64,000 bases of DNA from contig MCFE01000153.1 of the NCBI GenBank assembly GCA_002104905.1, forward strand, positions 62,001 through 126,000, read 5' to 3'. The notes below the pieces were generated by a model. That model had not been told where the DNA came from. It made no database searches and saw only the letters and a list, made by a program, of their open reading frames with translations. The first letter of the stretch is position 1. The number at the start of each line of letters is the position of its first letter. Positions 36,401 through 48,040 of this stretch are shown one piece after another. This stretch comes from Basidiobolus meristosporus CBS 931.73 (Eukaryota; Fungi; Basidiobolomycota). A program made the position numbers and the translations under genes.

Positions 36401-39400
36401 AATATATTCCCCCAATGTAGAAGAACATATACACAACGTTCAATGTATCCAGACAGCCCTCCTTGAGAACCAACCCAAACTACATCCCATGAAGTGCCAT
36501 TTCCTGTATACAAAATTGTTGTTCCTGGGCCACAAGATCTTGGCAGATGGAATATACCCCTCTACTTCACTCTTGAAAGCCATTCAAGATACACCCACAC
36601 CAAAGGATATTAATGTAGTGTTGGGATTCCTAGGATTAGCCAGCTACTATTGCCGCTTTGTCAGAAACTTTGCAACAATAGCAGCCCCCCTATACAAATT
36701 GACGCAAAAAGATCAGTGTTTTATATAGTCAGAGCCTCAAAAGAGAGCATTTGATCAGTTGAAACATTCCCTGACGTCACCGCCAGTGTTACGTTTTCCC
36801 AATTGGGATGCAAGATTTTTTATTAACTGTGATAGAAGTCTCACTGGTGTAGGTGCTGTACTGGGACAATACCACCAACCCAGCAAATTCCACCCAATCG
36901 GTTATGTGAGCCGTTTGTTAAACAAACACAGGCATCACTACCCTGTTACCAAGATAGAATGTCTGGCTGTTGTTTATTCAATTAAACAATTCCATACATA
37001 CATACATGATTGCCAATTCACAATAGTAACAGACCACAGCGCACTGGTCTGGCTGATGAATACTAAAGACTTTATGGGTCAACTAGCACATTGGGCCCTC
37101 CAACTACAAGAATACAACTTCAAAATAACTCACTGTGCTGGCAAGAAACACCAAGATGCAGACTTCCTCAGTTGCTATGCTGTTTGCCAAGTATGCGTCA
37201 GCAATGACTACAAAGACGTAATCTGCTTTAAAAGAAGAGGGAAGTATCCCAAACATGTTGTTACAAACAAGCAGAAGCGAGACTTTTGAAAGAAATGGTG
37301 TCAGTACAAAGTACAAGAAAACCAATTAGGGCTCCTCCAAGGACAGTTCAGAGTTGAGGTACCCCCAATAACTGCCCACAAAGAAATCATACAAGAAAGA
37401 CATATGTCATTAGGATACGCTAACCCTCTAACAACATACAAGATGTTAAGAAAGATGTTTTATTGGAAAAAAATGATGACCACAGTTGTGAATACGCTAC
37501 AAAGATGCTCCACCTGCAAAAGATTTAACCAAAGTCAAAAGATAGGGACAACCGCACCAATACCGCTTGACCTACCCTTCTATTGGGTAGGGATTGACTT
37601 TGTTGGGCCCTTTTTGAAAACAAAGAAAGGAGAACAATACATAATAATTGCTACCAATTATTTCTCACAGTGGGTAGAAGCCCAAGCCATCCAAAATAAA
37701 GACCAGAAGACAACCGCCCAATTCATTCTGGAACACCTCATCTGCTGGCATGGATATCCTCAGATACTCCTGTCCAACAATGGTGGCTCCTTCCTGAACA
37801 ACACCGTGGCCCACTTGTGCAAAATGATGGGCGTGAAACAGGTCTTCACAGTCGCGTATCCCCCCCAGACCAATGGATTAACCAAGAGGATGGACCAGAC
37901 GTGTTGCTGCATACTAGAGAAGCTCCACTGGGAACTACCCCAATCATGGGCCAATCTACTCCCACTGACACTCCTAGCAATGCGTACAATACCAAATAAA
38001 ATGACAGGTTTCTCCCTGTACAAAGTGTTGTACGTACAAAGGCCCAAGTGGTGTAAAGAAGTTGAATTGGCAATGGAAGGTATTCCCTTGACAACACATA
38101 ACAACTATGTAGAAAGGTTGATACACCATATTGCCCACCTATACATAAAAGTATTTGAAAATGTCAACAAGCACCTTCCCTCTCCACCCAAAAATGAGAA
38201 ACTAATGGGACAAAAGTGGAAACCAGGCGATAAAGTGTGGTACAATCAAACTGTTGCAGGCCTCAAGTTTTGCCCATGATATACACCCCAATGGATTGGC
38301 CCTTGCACTGTCATTAGCTTGGACCATGGTCCAAAGTACACCAATACCCTGAACAACAGACAATCTGCAATGTAGCACCAGCCCATCTGAAACCATTTAA
38401 TGATGATCCACCAATCATCACTGAAACCAAAGTGTGATTAAACAATTATCAGGACAAGGATAGAGGAAGACACAGGATACATACAAAGTTTATTAAAGGA
38501 GATTTTAGTTGATATAGGCACATATGATATGTGCAAGGAAGTTTGCCCAAAGGGAAGAATAAAAGAATGCATATGGAAAGCGCCAAAGGAAACAGTTCAC
38601 CCAAAACTGGCAATACCCCTCCCACCAGCAAGAACCAAGAGGATATCAACAACAAAACTGACCTGCAAGTGTTGAAAGATATGGTACAAGTGTTATGTGC
38701 AACAAGAGCCACCTAGGAAGAGTTGTTTGCTGGAGCAGTCACGTTGATACAAGACACAATCAGAGAGGGACAAGACAAGCTACCCACACCAATACAAAGC
38801 ATGGAGATACTACCTAAGAAGACCGTGTACCACCTAAGAGGAGGTTCCTTGATCATTAAGGAGTAGGACGCCACACTGATTCCCATATCCATACTGGACA
38901 CAGTCAGACAGAAGACACAAGGAATCAACTGTTGCGCCCTCACAAGACCTTGAGAGCCCCCCTGTTTTGTTGCATACTTGCCATTGATAGGTACCACGGT
39001 TGTTGAGGTATATGCAGACCTGGTACAAGCAGCAAGAGCACCAGAAGTAGAACTCCCAATCAAGGGACTCCTCCAAGAAATTTGCAAACATCTCAAACAG
39101 CATTTCCAAGAAGGAACCATCTTAGAGAAGATACGCCAACAGATTAAATACACGGGCCAGTTAACCCATGCAATCCACCAAGTTGCTGTGTTACAACTAT
39201 TACAGTGGTTTACCATAGGACAACTCAGGAACCAGTACAAAGTCCAACTCCAAGAAGCCAAAGAAACCACTGCAGACTCTGTAGAAACCATGAGGCAAGT
39301 ACAAAAGCGCCTCAATTGTGCCACAGTTTCTACAGAAGAACTACAATATGTCTCAGAAGAAGCAAAAACTTGTTACCAACAATGGGTGACTGCTAACCAA

Positions 39401-40154
39401 GTGTACACCCTCTTGAAAAGGTCCCCCACCATCATATTGAACACAAAAAGGACAAACCCCAACAACATTTGCAAGATAAAGAAGCAAGACTTTATCATGC
39501 TATTGCACCTTTTCTTGTTCTCTGACCCTCCCAAGGAACTTACCCAGAACCCTATGGTTTGCCAACTATTTGGCTCTGTGGAAAACATCCCTCAAGCAAC
39601 GCAAGCCGCACCCCACTCTGCTGCCAAATGGTATCAGGTATTTGCCTGCAACCCCCTTGCAAGTGACAACCAGCAATGGTACTATGGTGACTCCCCATGC
39701 TCCGTGAACAAAATTGACCCTGTAGAAGCAAGTTAGTCAAAAGAACTTCAAGGACAAAGCTCCCTCTTAACCCCTGGGATATGTGAGTACTAAATGCAGT
39801 ACCCACTCATTGCCCAACAGTTCTCCCCAGAGTCCTACCAAAAGTCCCCCAGTATCCTCCCAATGATTCCCCCATGCACCCTCCCTCCTATCCTACCCTT
39901 ATCTAGTTAGAACACTTACCATAACAGGAAGGTGTTCACACCCCTATTTTATAACACATTGACTATTATCTAAGCCCCCCCCCAAGTGATATATATATGT
40001 ACCCAATTGAACCAAGACAGAGAGATTTTGGTATGGAATAAACACAAGTCTTTATTACCTTGCTACCTTCTATTGGAAGCTATTCTGAACTAAGTGGTAC
40101 TGACTTGACCTACAAGCTCTCCCACTCACCAAGTACAGTCAGTAATAACCCACA
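33441..40154 (+). mobile_element. Full-length Gypsy element F (youngest): LTRs 33441-33813 and 39782-40154, gag-PR-RT-RH-IN plus an extra ORF3
   Basis: The 373-bp LTRs differ at ~7 positions, and there is a perfect TSD AAGGT (33436-33440, 40155-40159). The PBS begins TGGTGC. Motifs: CYVCGEVGHRAHKC, LIDTGSS, SLWASPIVIVPKK, YLDNITIYS, INCDRS, WVGIDFVGP. The ORFs carry stops and frameshifts. Confidence 0.95.
38531..39736 (+). pseudogene. Accessory ORF3 of Gypsy F (~400 codons, three in-frame stops), unknown function
   Basis: ORFs 38531-38716 and 38978-39736 share a frame. The only interruptions are TAG 38714, TAG 38864 and TGA 38951, each one C>T from CAG or CGA. Confidence 0.7.
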
Positions 40155-41181
40155 AAGGTCAGTGTATGGCTTCCTTCACCGTTTCTTAGGTTTACTTAGA
40201 TAGTTCCTTCTCCCACTGCATCAAGTGTTCTATTGTCACCCATGAAAACCTTCTTGATTTGAATTTCTTGATATTGGGTTAAAAGTTCTTTTTGTGTGTA
40301 AAGTGTTGCAATGCTCCAGAGTCAATATACCACATCTGAGAATCCTTGTTTGTGGTCAGATTTAGTGCAGATATGAATAGTCTATCCTCAGTTGTTGCAG
40401 CATTTCCATATTCAGGCTTTTTCTGCTGACTATCTTTCTTTTTGAAGCACTGGTCTGATGTGTGTCCTTTCCTTTTGCAGTAGTTGCAAGACAGGTTGCT
40501 GTGCCTTTGTAAGGTCTTGGGTACCTCCGTTGTTGGTTATCATTGCTTATTAACGCATTTTCTTATTCCTTCTTATTGGTGCTTGATTTTCTTAATTGTT
40601 CATCCAGGGGCCTTCAATACACAAAATTTAAGGTAAAATCTTCAGTTCTGGACTCTAGGGCTGATACAAGACCCAGCAACTCATCTGTCAGGCTATTCAG
40701 GATGGTAACTATCACATCCTCATCAGTAGTTGGTATGCCCACAGATTCCATTTCATCTACCATCAGGGTAACTCTGTTAATTAGATTTTTCATTTCTTCT
40801 CCTGGCAGCATCTTTGTAGTAAAGAATTTTTGTCTCAGATACGTTTTCTTAGCAGCTGAACATGACTGGTAGGTGTCTTCTAATGCCTTCCAGGCATTCT
40901 TTGCCATTTTTGCTCTTCAGCATTGAATTAGCAATTTGTCTTTAACATTAAGGCATATGCAGTTAAAGGCACTTTGTTCTTTCTACTGGTACTTTAAGGC
41001 TTCCTCTCCCACATCTTTAGGAGGGCATTCTTCTCCCATGACAATATCTCAAAGGCCTCCTTCTTGCAGCAGCATTTTCATCTTCACCTTCCACACTTGG
41101 TAGTTAGATCCATCCAACTTTTCAGCAGAGGGAGAAATTCCAGTAATAGCAGTAGTAGATATTGCAGAGAGTGACAGCTTG

Positions 41182-41193
41182 GGGCTCATAACC
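41182..41193 (-). promoter_or_regulatory. Half-tRNA-iMet PBS of Copia E2
   Basis: The plus strand reads GGGCTCATAACC, the anticodon-arm sequence of eukaryotic initiator tRNA-Met, abutting the LTR. Confidence 0.8.
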
Positions 41194-44100
41194 TGTTGTA
41201 AGAGTCTTGGAGATATTGGATGTGATTGGGTGAACAAGTAGATTATGTGATTTTAACATAATGATTTATTGAATGTAAAAGTAGTATTTATTCCTTTACC
41301 TGGTCTTGGCATTACAAACATGTAGAATATGTTAAGGAAGGTCCCAAGAGCATGTATGCAAAGATTGGGGCTGTTTGGACAACTTTGAGAATTTTCATGT
41401 TCTGGGTACCTGGTATTTTGGTGAAAATATTCCAAGTAAATCCCAACAAGGAATTTGGTCAGTATTCTCTAGGATTTGAAGGTAATGATCTAAGTGACTA
41501 AGTTAGGTGAATATTTAGATGGAATTATGAATTTTTACAACAGGTGTAACCTGTGGTGGATCTTCAGTCTTCCAAGTTTTGCCCCCAATCAGCATCAGAG
41601 TATCCCACAAGATCCTGTTCTGAATTCCTATAGGTGTATCCTAAGCAGATATCAGCAGTTCCTTCTAGGTATCCAAAAATTCTCTTAATTGCTGCAATAT
41701 GATCTTATCCATAGTTCTGAATATGCTGACTGACAACTCCCACTGAATATGAGATATCTGAACATTTTCTAAGCATGCTATACATCAGACTGCCAGCCAT
41801 AGATTAATAAGGAAAGTCAGGGCTTTCAGATGGCACAAAGCTCTCTTGATTTGGTAGAGTTTTGACCAAGTTGAGATTTTTCTCCATTGGGGTAGTGGCC
41901 AGTTTACAGTCTTCCATTTGGTACTTCTTTAGTATATCTTGAATATACTTGGATTGGCTTAGGGTGATAGTCTGGGTACTTCTGTCTATGGAGAACTTTA
42001 TCCCTAAGTATTAACTGAGATTTCCTAGATTGGACATCTTGAACTCCTTAGATAGGCTGGATTTAGTCTCTTCCAATGTTTCCAAGTTATTGGTGGCTAT
42101 AGTAAGATCATCCACATATAGAGCTAATAGAGCTGGATTTGCTAAATCTGGCCTATAGTATATACTATAGTCAGCATTACTCCTTTGAGGCTCAAGTATT
42201 TCAAATAAGAATCTATGATGCAATTCAAGGCTCTTTGTGATTGTTTGAGTCTATATTCAAAAATGCAGTTTTTGCATCCATTTGATGAATAAAAAACTTA
42301 TATTTGGCAGCAATAGCCAATATTAATCTGATGGAGCTACACTTAGCTACCAGTGCAAAGGTCTCAGTATGGTCAAGTCCTTTTGTTTGCAAGTATCCTT
42401 TGGCCACAAGTCTTGCTTTGTATCTTTCAATTGTATCATCAGCCTTGTATTTTGTCTTAAAGACCCATCTGCATCCAATTGATTTTCAGTTGATTGGTAA
42501 TTTGAACCAAGTCCCAAGTTTGCTTTGCCATTAGGGCCAGATATTCCTCAGTCATTGTAGATATCCAAAACCTTGCTGGAGGGCTATTTAGGGCTTCTTT
42601 TACAGTCTGGGGCTCAACATTATGGACTGAATAGGCATAGGCTAAGTTTCTACCCTCATTGATGTAGTTATTTAGGCTATTTCTTGTCTGGTGGGACCTC
42701 TGAGCATTTGATTATGAAATGGTCACTACTGGGATATTTCTGGGCACTGATTTAGGCTTAACAACAATTGAAAAGTCCCCTGGAGTGACAAAACTCTCAT
42801 TGTTTTGCTCTGATTCATTCCTGACAATTGGTAGACTTGAGAGTAGATTTTTGTCATCATCTGATGTCATTTTTTGTGAAAACTTGGAATATTCATCAAA
42901 TAACACATCCATGGACTTTATCAGCTTCTTTGCTTTGGCATTATAGAGTCTGTATGCTTTACTCTCATTGCAGTAGCCTAAGAATATGCATTTTACACTT
43001 TTTGGCTGAAATCTTGACTGATTTCCAGGCAGTCCTTGGCATATGCTGTACACCCAAATATTCTTAGATGCTCTGCACTTGCTCTGTATCCTTACCATGC
43101 TGCAAATGGAGTAGAGTCACATAGTATACTGCTAGAATTCCTATTTTTAAGATATACAGCTGTGGCAGCTGATTATGCCCAAAAATTGTAGGATAATTTT
43201 TGATCATGGATCATAGATCTTGCCATATCAATTATTGATCTGTTTGCACATTCTGCTACTCTATTTTGCTGTGGGGAGTATGGTACAGTAGTCTCTTGCT
43301 TTATCCTATGAATTTTGCAGAAGTGGAAGAAGAGTTTTGAGGTATATTCTCCACCATTGTGAGGGTGTGTTTTCTTGATTATTTCACCAGTTTTTCTCTC
43401 CACCATGGCTTTAAGCTCTCTGAGCTTAGACAGAGCTTCTTCCTTTCTCTCCATGAGTTAGACCCATGTGCATCTTGTATAATCATCAATAAAAGAGACT
43501 AAATACTTCATCCTGCTTGAGGATAATTTTGCATTGGTCCACACAGATCTGAGTAAATTAGTTCTATTTTTTTCTTAATTTTGATTAACCCAGAGCTCTT
43601 GGATGGTTGTCTGGCTTGTTTCCCATATATGCAGGCTTCAAAGTGCACCAAATTAGCTGAGGGATCAACTTTTATTCTGGAAATTAGCTGATATTTGATC
43701 ATTGTGCAAACATTATCAAAATTGATGTGTCCCAATCTCCTGTGCCAAAGCATTGGTGATTCTGCATTCAAGTTATTTATATTGGCTTCTGGATATGATG
43801 GAATACAAGTCAACTTATACATATTCTTATTTCTGATACGCAAAGCAATATGAGCACCATTTTGATCAGTGATCTTGCATCCAGAATTGTCAAAGCTGAA
43901 ACTGAGTCCTTCTGTTGTGGCCTTGCTTACAGATAGTAGGTTCTTGGCTATTTCTGATACATAGAGCACTTCTTTGAAGGCCAGTGTATGGCTTCCTTTA
44001 CTGCTTCTAAGGTTTACCTGGAGAGTTCCTTCTCCCACTGCATCAAGTGTTCTATTGTCACCCATGAAAGTCTTTTTAATTGGAATTTCTGGATATTTGG

Positions 44101-45004
44101 TAAAAAGCTCTTTTTGGTGTGTAAAGTGTTGAGATGCTCTAGAGTCAATATACCACATATAAGAATCCTTATCTGTGGTCATATTTAGTGCAGATATGAG
44201 TAGTCTACCTTCAGCTGTGGCAGCATTTCTATATTCAGGCTTTTTCTGCTGACTATCTCTCTTTTTCAAGCACTGGTCTCATGTATGTCCTTTCATTTTG
44301 CAGTAGTTGCAAAACAGGTTGCTATTGCCTTTAGAAGGTCTTGAGCATCTTCTTTGTTGGCTATCATTACTTATTGAAGCATTTTCTTCTTTCTTCTTAT
44401 AGGCTCTTGACTTTCTTAATTCTTCATCCAGAAGCCTACCATATATGTAATTTAAGGTCAAATCTTTAGTTCTAGACTCTAGGGCTGATACAAGGCCCTG
44501 AAACTTGTCTGTCAGGCTATTCAGGATAGTCACTATCACATCCTCACCAGCAGTTGGTACACCCACAGATTCCATCTCATCCTCCAGCAGGGTGATTCTG
44601 ATAGTTAGATTTTTCATTTCTTCTTCTGGCAGCATCTTTGTAGTAAGGAATTTTTGTCTAAGATACATTTTCTTGGTAGCTGAAAATGACTGGTGGGTGT
44701 CTTCTAATGCCTTTCAGGCACTCTTTGCTGTTTTTGCTCTTGAGCACTGAATTAGCAATTTGACTTTAACATTAAGGCAAATGCAGTTAGAGGTACTGTG
44801 TTCTTTCTTCCGGTACTATAAGGATTCCTCTCCCACATTTTTAGGAGGGCATTATTCACTCATGACAATATCCCAAAGGCCTCTTTCTTGTAGCAGCATC
44901 TCCATCTTCACCTTCACACTTAATAGTTAGATCCATCCAACTTTTCAGCAGAGGGAAAAATTCCAGTAATAGCAGTAGTAGACATTGCACAGAGTGACAG
45001 CTTG

Positions 45005-45016
45005 GGGCTCATAACC
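45005..45016 (-). promoter_or_regulatory. Half-tRNA-iMet PBS of Copia E1
   Basis: GGGCTCATAACC abuts LTR 45017. Confidence 0.8.
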
Positions 45017-45733
45017 TGTTGTAAGAGTCTTGGAGATATTGGAAGTGATTGGGTGAGCAAGTAGATTATGTGGTTTTCACTAAATCATTTATTGAATGGA
45101 AAAGTAATATTTATACTTTTACATGGTATTGTCATAAACCATGTAAAATAGGTTTAGAAAGGTCCCAAGAACATGCGTGCAAAGTTTGGGGCTGTTTGAA
45201 CAATGTTGAGAATTTTCATAATCTGGGTAACTGATATTTTGATGAAAATACTCCGAGTAAATCCCAACAAGGATTTTGGTCGGTATTCTCTGAGATTTGA
45301 AGGTAATGATCAAAGTGACTAAGCTAGGTGAATACTTAGGTGGAATTACAAATGTTTACAACAGTAAATGACAAAACCTTGACTTGCCCAAATGTGGGTC
45401 AATTTTGCTCAAATGAGATGCATTGGATAGCTCAGAGGCTATATATCACTACTACAATCTGACAATCAGACCCAGCTCATTAGTCAAGCCTGTACAACTG
45501 ATTAAAGTCAATGATTAGTATTACATCAGATGAATCAGATTTTTAGGCATACAATTAAGTAGATATGCACATTGAATTACAAGTTACTTCTTCAATTAAG
45601 TTAAACACAAATGTATACACTATTGGACAATACATTAATCTGGTATGCAACACATTTAAATTTTATATGCTTATTCCACATTGCACACTCTCACTATGTA
45701 TTTATTACCCATGAATATTTTGTTAAGTGGGAG

Positions 45734-46086
45734 TGTTGCAATTAGTAAGTTGTCACCTAGATATTCATGCTAACTTAGTCACATAGATCTTACTCTTTGA
45801 TTAGCACTCTGTCCTGACCAAATTTCTTGTTGGGGTTTACTTGGAATTTTTTTCACCAAATTATCAAGTACCCAGATTATGATCTTTCTCAAAGTGGTCC
45901 AAAAGCCCCCAAACCTTGCACACATATTCTTGAGACCTACCTTAACAAACTCTACATGTTTGTTTGCTCTACTTTATCAAAAGCATAAATACCATACTTT
46001 TGATAATCAATAAATCTTCAAGTGAATAACATGTAAATCCTCTAGTGCTCCACATCACTTCCAATACTCCTCAGAATATTGCAACA
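45734..46086 (+). repeat. Diverged Copia E-family LTR in the opposite orientation
   Basis: TGTTGCAA...TTGCAACA termini, preceded by GTGGGAG. Its reverse complement aligns with 45017-45363. Confidence 0.7.
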
Positions 46087-46579
46087 GTTTTCCCTTAATA
46101 AGCTTGGGGCTTTATTCCCCTTCACACTAGAGTGGGGACAAAACCCACGCATTCCTAGTAAGCTTTTGCCAGTGGCTATAGATCCTAGTGAAAACCCCAC
46201 ACAAAAACACTTGAAATGAGTCAATCATATTTCTCCTAAAGACCAATATGCTGCAGATATTGTAACTACCACAAGGAAAAGAAATTATGAAAAGGCCAGC
46301 CAAATACCATTGTAATATCAGCTGAGCTCCAAGCTTCTCAAAACCAGCAATTCTTGGTATCTCAGGTACTAGCTGTTGGGCAGAGAAGCAGGCATATTTT
46401 CCAAGAGAAGACTGTTACCAAAAGATCAGGTATCTGCCACACAAGGAATACCAGAGTTGTCCAAAGGCCTCCAGACTTTGCACACATGCACTTGGAGCCA
46501 TGCTTCACATACTAAGCTTGTTTGGACTGCCAAGACCATGTAATAGTACACATACCGCTTTTACACAAAATAAGTGATT

Positions 46580-46635
46580 GGGTGAAAACCACATGATCTA
46601 CTTGTTCTCCCAATATCTCCGAAACTCTTACAGCA
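46580..46635 (+). repeat. Partial Copia E-family LTR end; last TE remnant before the gene block
   Basis: GAAAACCACATGATCTACTTGTTCTCCCAATATCTCC matches the reverse complement of the E LTR copies. Confidence 0.6.
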
Positions 46636-47176
46636 CCTAACAAACCTAAAGAGGCGAAGTTGAGCGGTCTATCATACGGAACTTGGTGGTGTTGGCAAAT
46701 ACAATTGAGTGATGTTCATGATACACCTCTCCCCCCCCCGCCGCCATAGTCTACACCATCAGGAGGTTGGCGATGGCGAGGTGATTACCGGTGCCGGGAA
46801 TGGACATCTCCGCCAAGTTTGATTGAGGGCTTCGTACTAGGGTACAACCAACCAGGCGATGCCCGGTGGCTGCGCCCAGTGGCCCATGACTAGCCGGGGA
46901 TCAGGAAGAAGGTCGCAATGAACCGCTCGTGCACAGTACCATCGGAACGGTGGATGCGGAGTGGATGGGCCGAAATTGGGTACCTGAATTTCCAGGAGGT
47001 TCCTACCCCATTGCGCCATTCGATCTGGATGAGAATTAGCGAACTTTTTTCGAGAACCATCTGAAGTTGAAGGGTGGGGGGGAGTTGGATGGGATGATGT
47101 CACCCGATCGAGTGGGGGTGGCCGGGGGATATATCTACTGGTTGGTGGATCGAGGAAACGGGCGATATTTTTCAAC

Positions 47177-48040
47177 ATGAGTTCACCTTCGACCAACATG
47201 GACCTCCCGAAACCCGGCGCGCTGAAGGGGGAGGCCACCGCGGCCGGTGGGGAGGAGAAAGCCCCGGTGAAAGAGATGCAGCCCTCGGGTCCAAGCTGGT
47301 TGCGGGACGTATACCTTCGACCGGTACCCAAGATCGTGTTGGTTTACCTGGGCACGGCCTTGGTCGGGAGTCTGCTGCACCCGCTATTTCACCCCACCGA
47401 AACCTACTTCGCCGACAAGAGGAACGGGCTCAACCAGGTTTTCGTGAAGTATGGCTGGGGTTGGACCTCGGCCCTTTACCTTCTCTTCGTGACGTTCGTG
47501 TTTGCGAGGGGCGAACCGCAGAAGGCCGCCCCGTTCTGGACCCGTTGGTTCTTGGCCACCTCGTACTGGTACGTGTTGACGCAGTGGTTTTTGGGCCCCT
47601 CCGTGTCCGACCGAGTCTTCACCCTCTCCGGAGGGGCGTGCACCGTGCCCGAGGTTTATGACTCGTTCACCTGTAAGCGGTTGGGAGGAGTGTGGGCTGG
47701 CGGGCACGACAGCTCGGGTCACTGCATGCTTCTCATCCATGCGTCGCTGTTTCTGTGGGAGGAACTGCGAGCGGGCTGGTTCGACGCCAATTGGGACAAG
47801 CGGGTTAAAAGCAAGCCGACGTTCGTGGTGCTTCGTCTCGCGGTGCTAGGGCTGTTCGTGCTCTGGTGGTGGATGCTCCTCATGACGAACCTGTTTTTCC
47901 ACAGCCTCCCCGAAAAGATAAGCGGGGTGACTCTGGGGGTGGCTTACTGGTACCTCGGCTACGGGTATCTCTTCCCGACGACCGCTTTCCCCGGTATCCC
48001 CCAGGCCAACCTGCACACGTTGGATGGGGAGAGCTGCTGA
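47177..48040 (+). CDS. SCS3: FIT family (fat storage-inducing transmembrane / acyl-CoA diphosphatase) protein, 287 aa, single exon
   Basis: KRNGLNQVFVKYGWGWTS, GGHDSSGHCMLL and FHSLPEKISG motifs, with several hydrophobic helices. Confidence 0.9.
   Translation: MSSPSTNMDLPKPGALKGEATAAGGEEKAPVKEMQPSGPSWLRDVYLRPVPKIVLVYLGTALVGSLLHPLFHPTETYFADKRNGLNQVFVKYGWGWTSALYLLFVTFVFARGEPQKAAPFWTRWFLATSYWYVLTQWFLGPSVSDRVFTLSGGACTVPEVYDSFTCKRLGGVWAGGHDSSGHCMLLIHASLFLWEELRAGWFDANWDKRVKSKPTFVVLRLAVLGLFVLWWWMLLMTNLFFHSLPEKISGVTLGVAYWYLGYGYLFPTTAFPGIPQANLHTLDGESC

Larger units (their letters stand above)
27745..41542 (-). mobile_element. Copia element E2 nested in E1 (LTRs 27745-28093 and 41194-41542, 349 bp each)
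   Basis: The LTRs are ~90% identical. PBS at 41182-41193. Gag EKLDGSNYQVWKVKMKMLL, IN VPYSTQQNGVAECANR, RH GYSDADWGQNLEDRRCTTGY. Flanks AATGT and GGTGT rejoin the host RH sequence AAAGAAAGGTGTAxCCTGTGG. Confidence 0.85.
26997..45363 (-). mobile_element. Copia element E1, host of the nested stack: 5' LTR 45017-45363, putative 3' LTR 26997-27328, internal 41543-45016 and ~27570-27744
   Basis: PBS at 45005-45016. Gag YLRQKFLTTKM and CNYCKMKGH; protease WYIDSRASQH; IN VPYSPQQNRVAECANR; RT/RH remnants. CTCCC (minus-strand PPT GGGAG) abuts 27328. LTR pairing is inferred, because the two LTRs are quite diverged and the TSD is weak (TCAAA/GTAAA). Confidence 0.65.
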
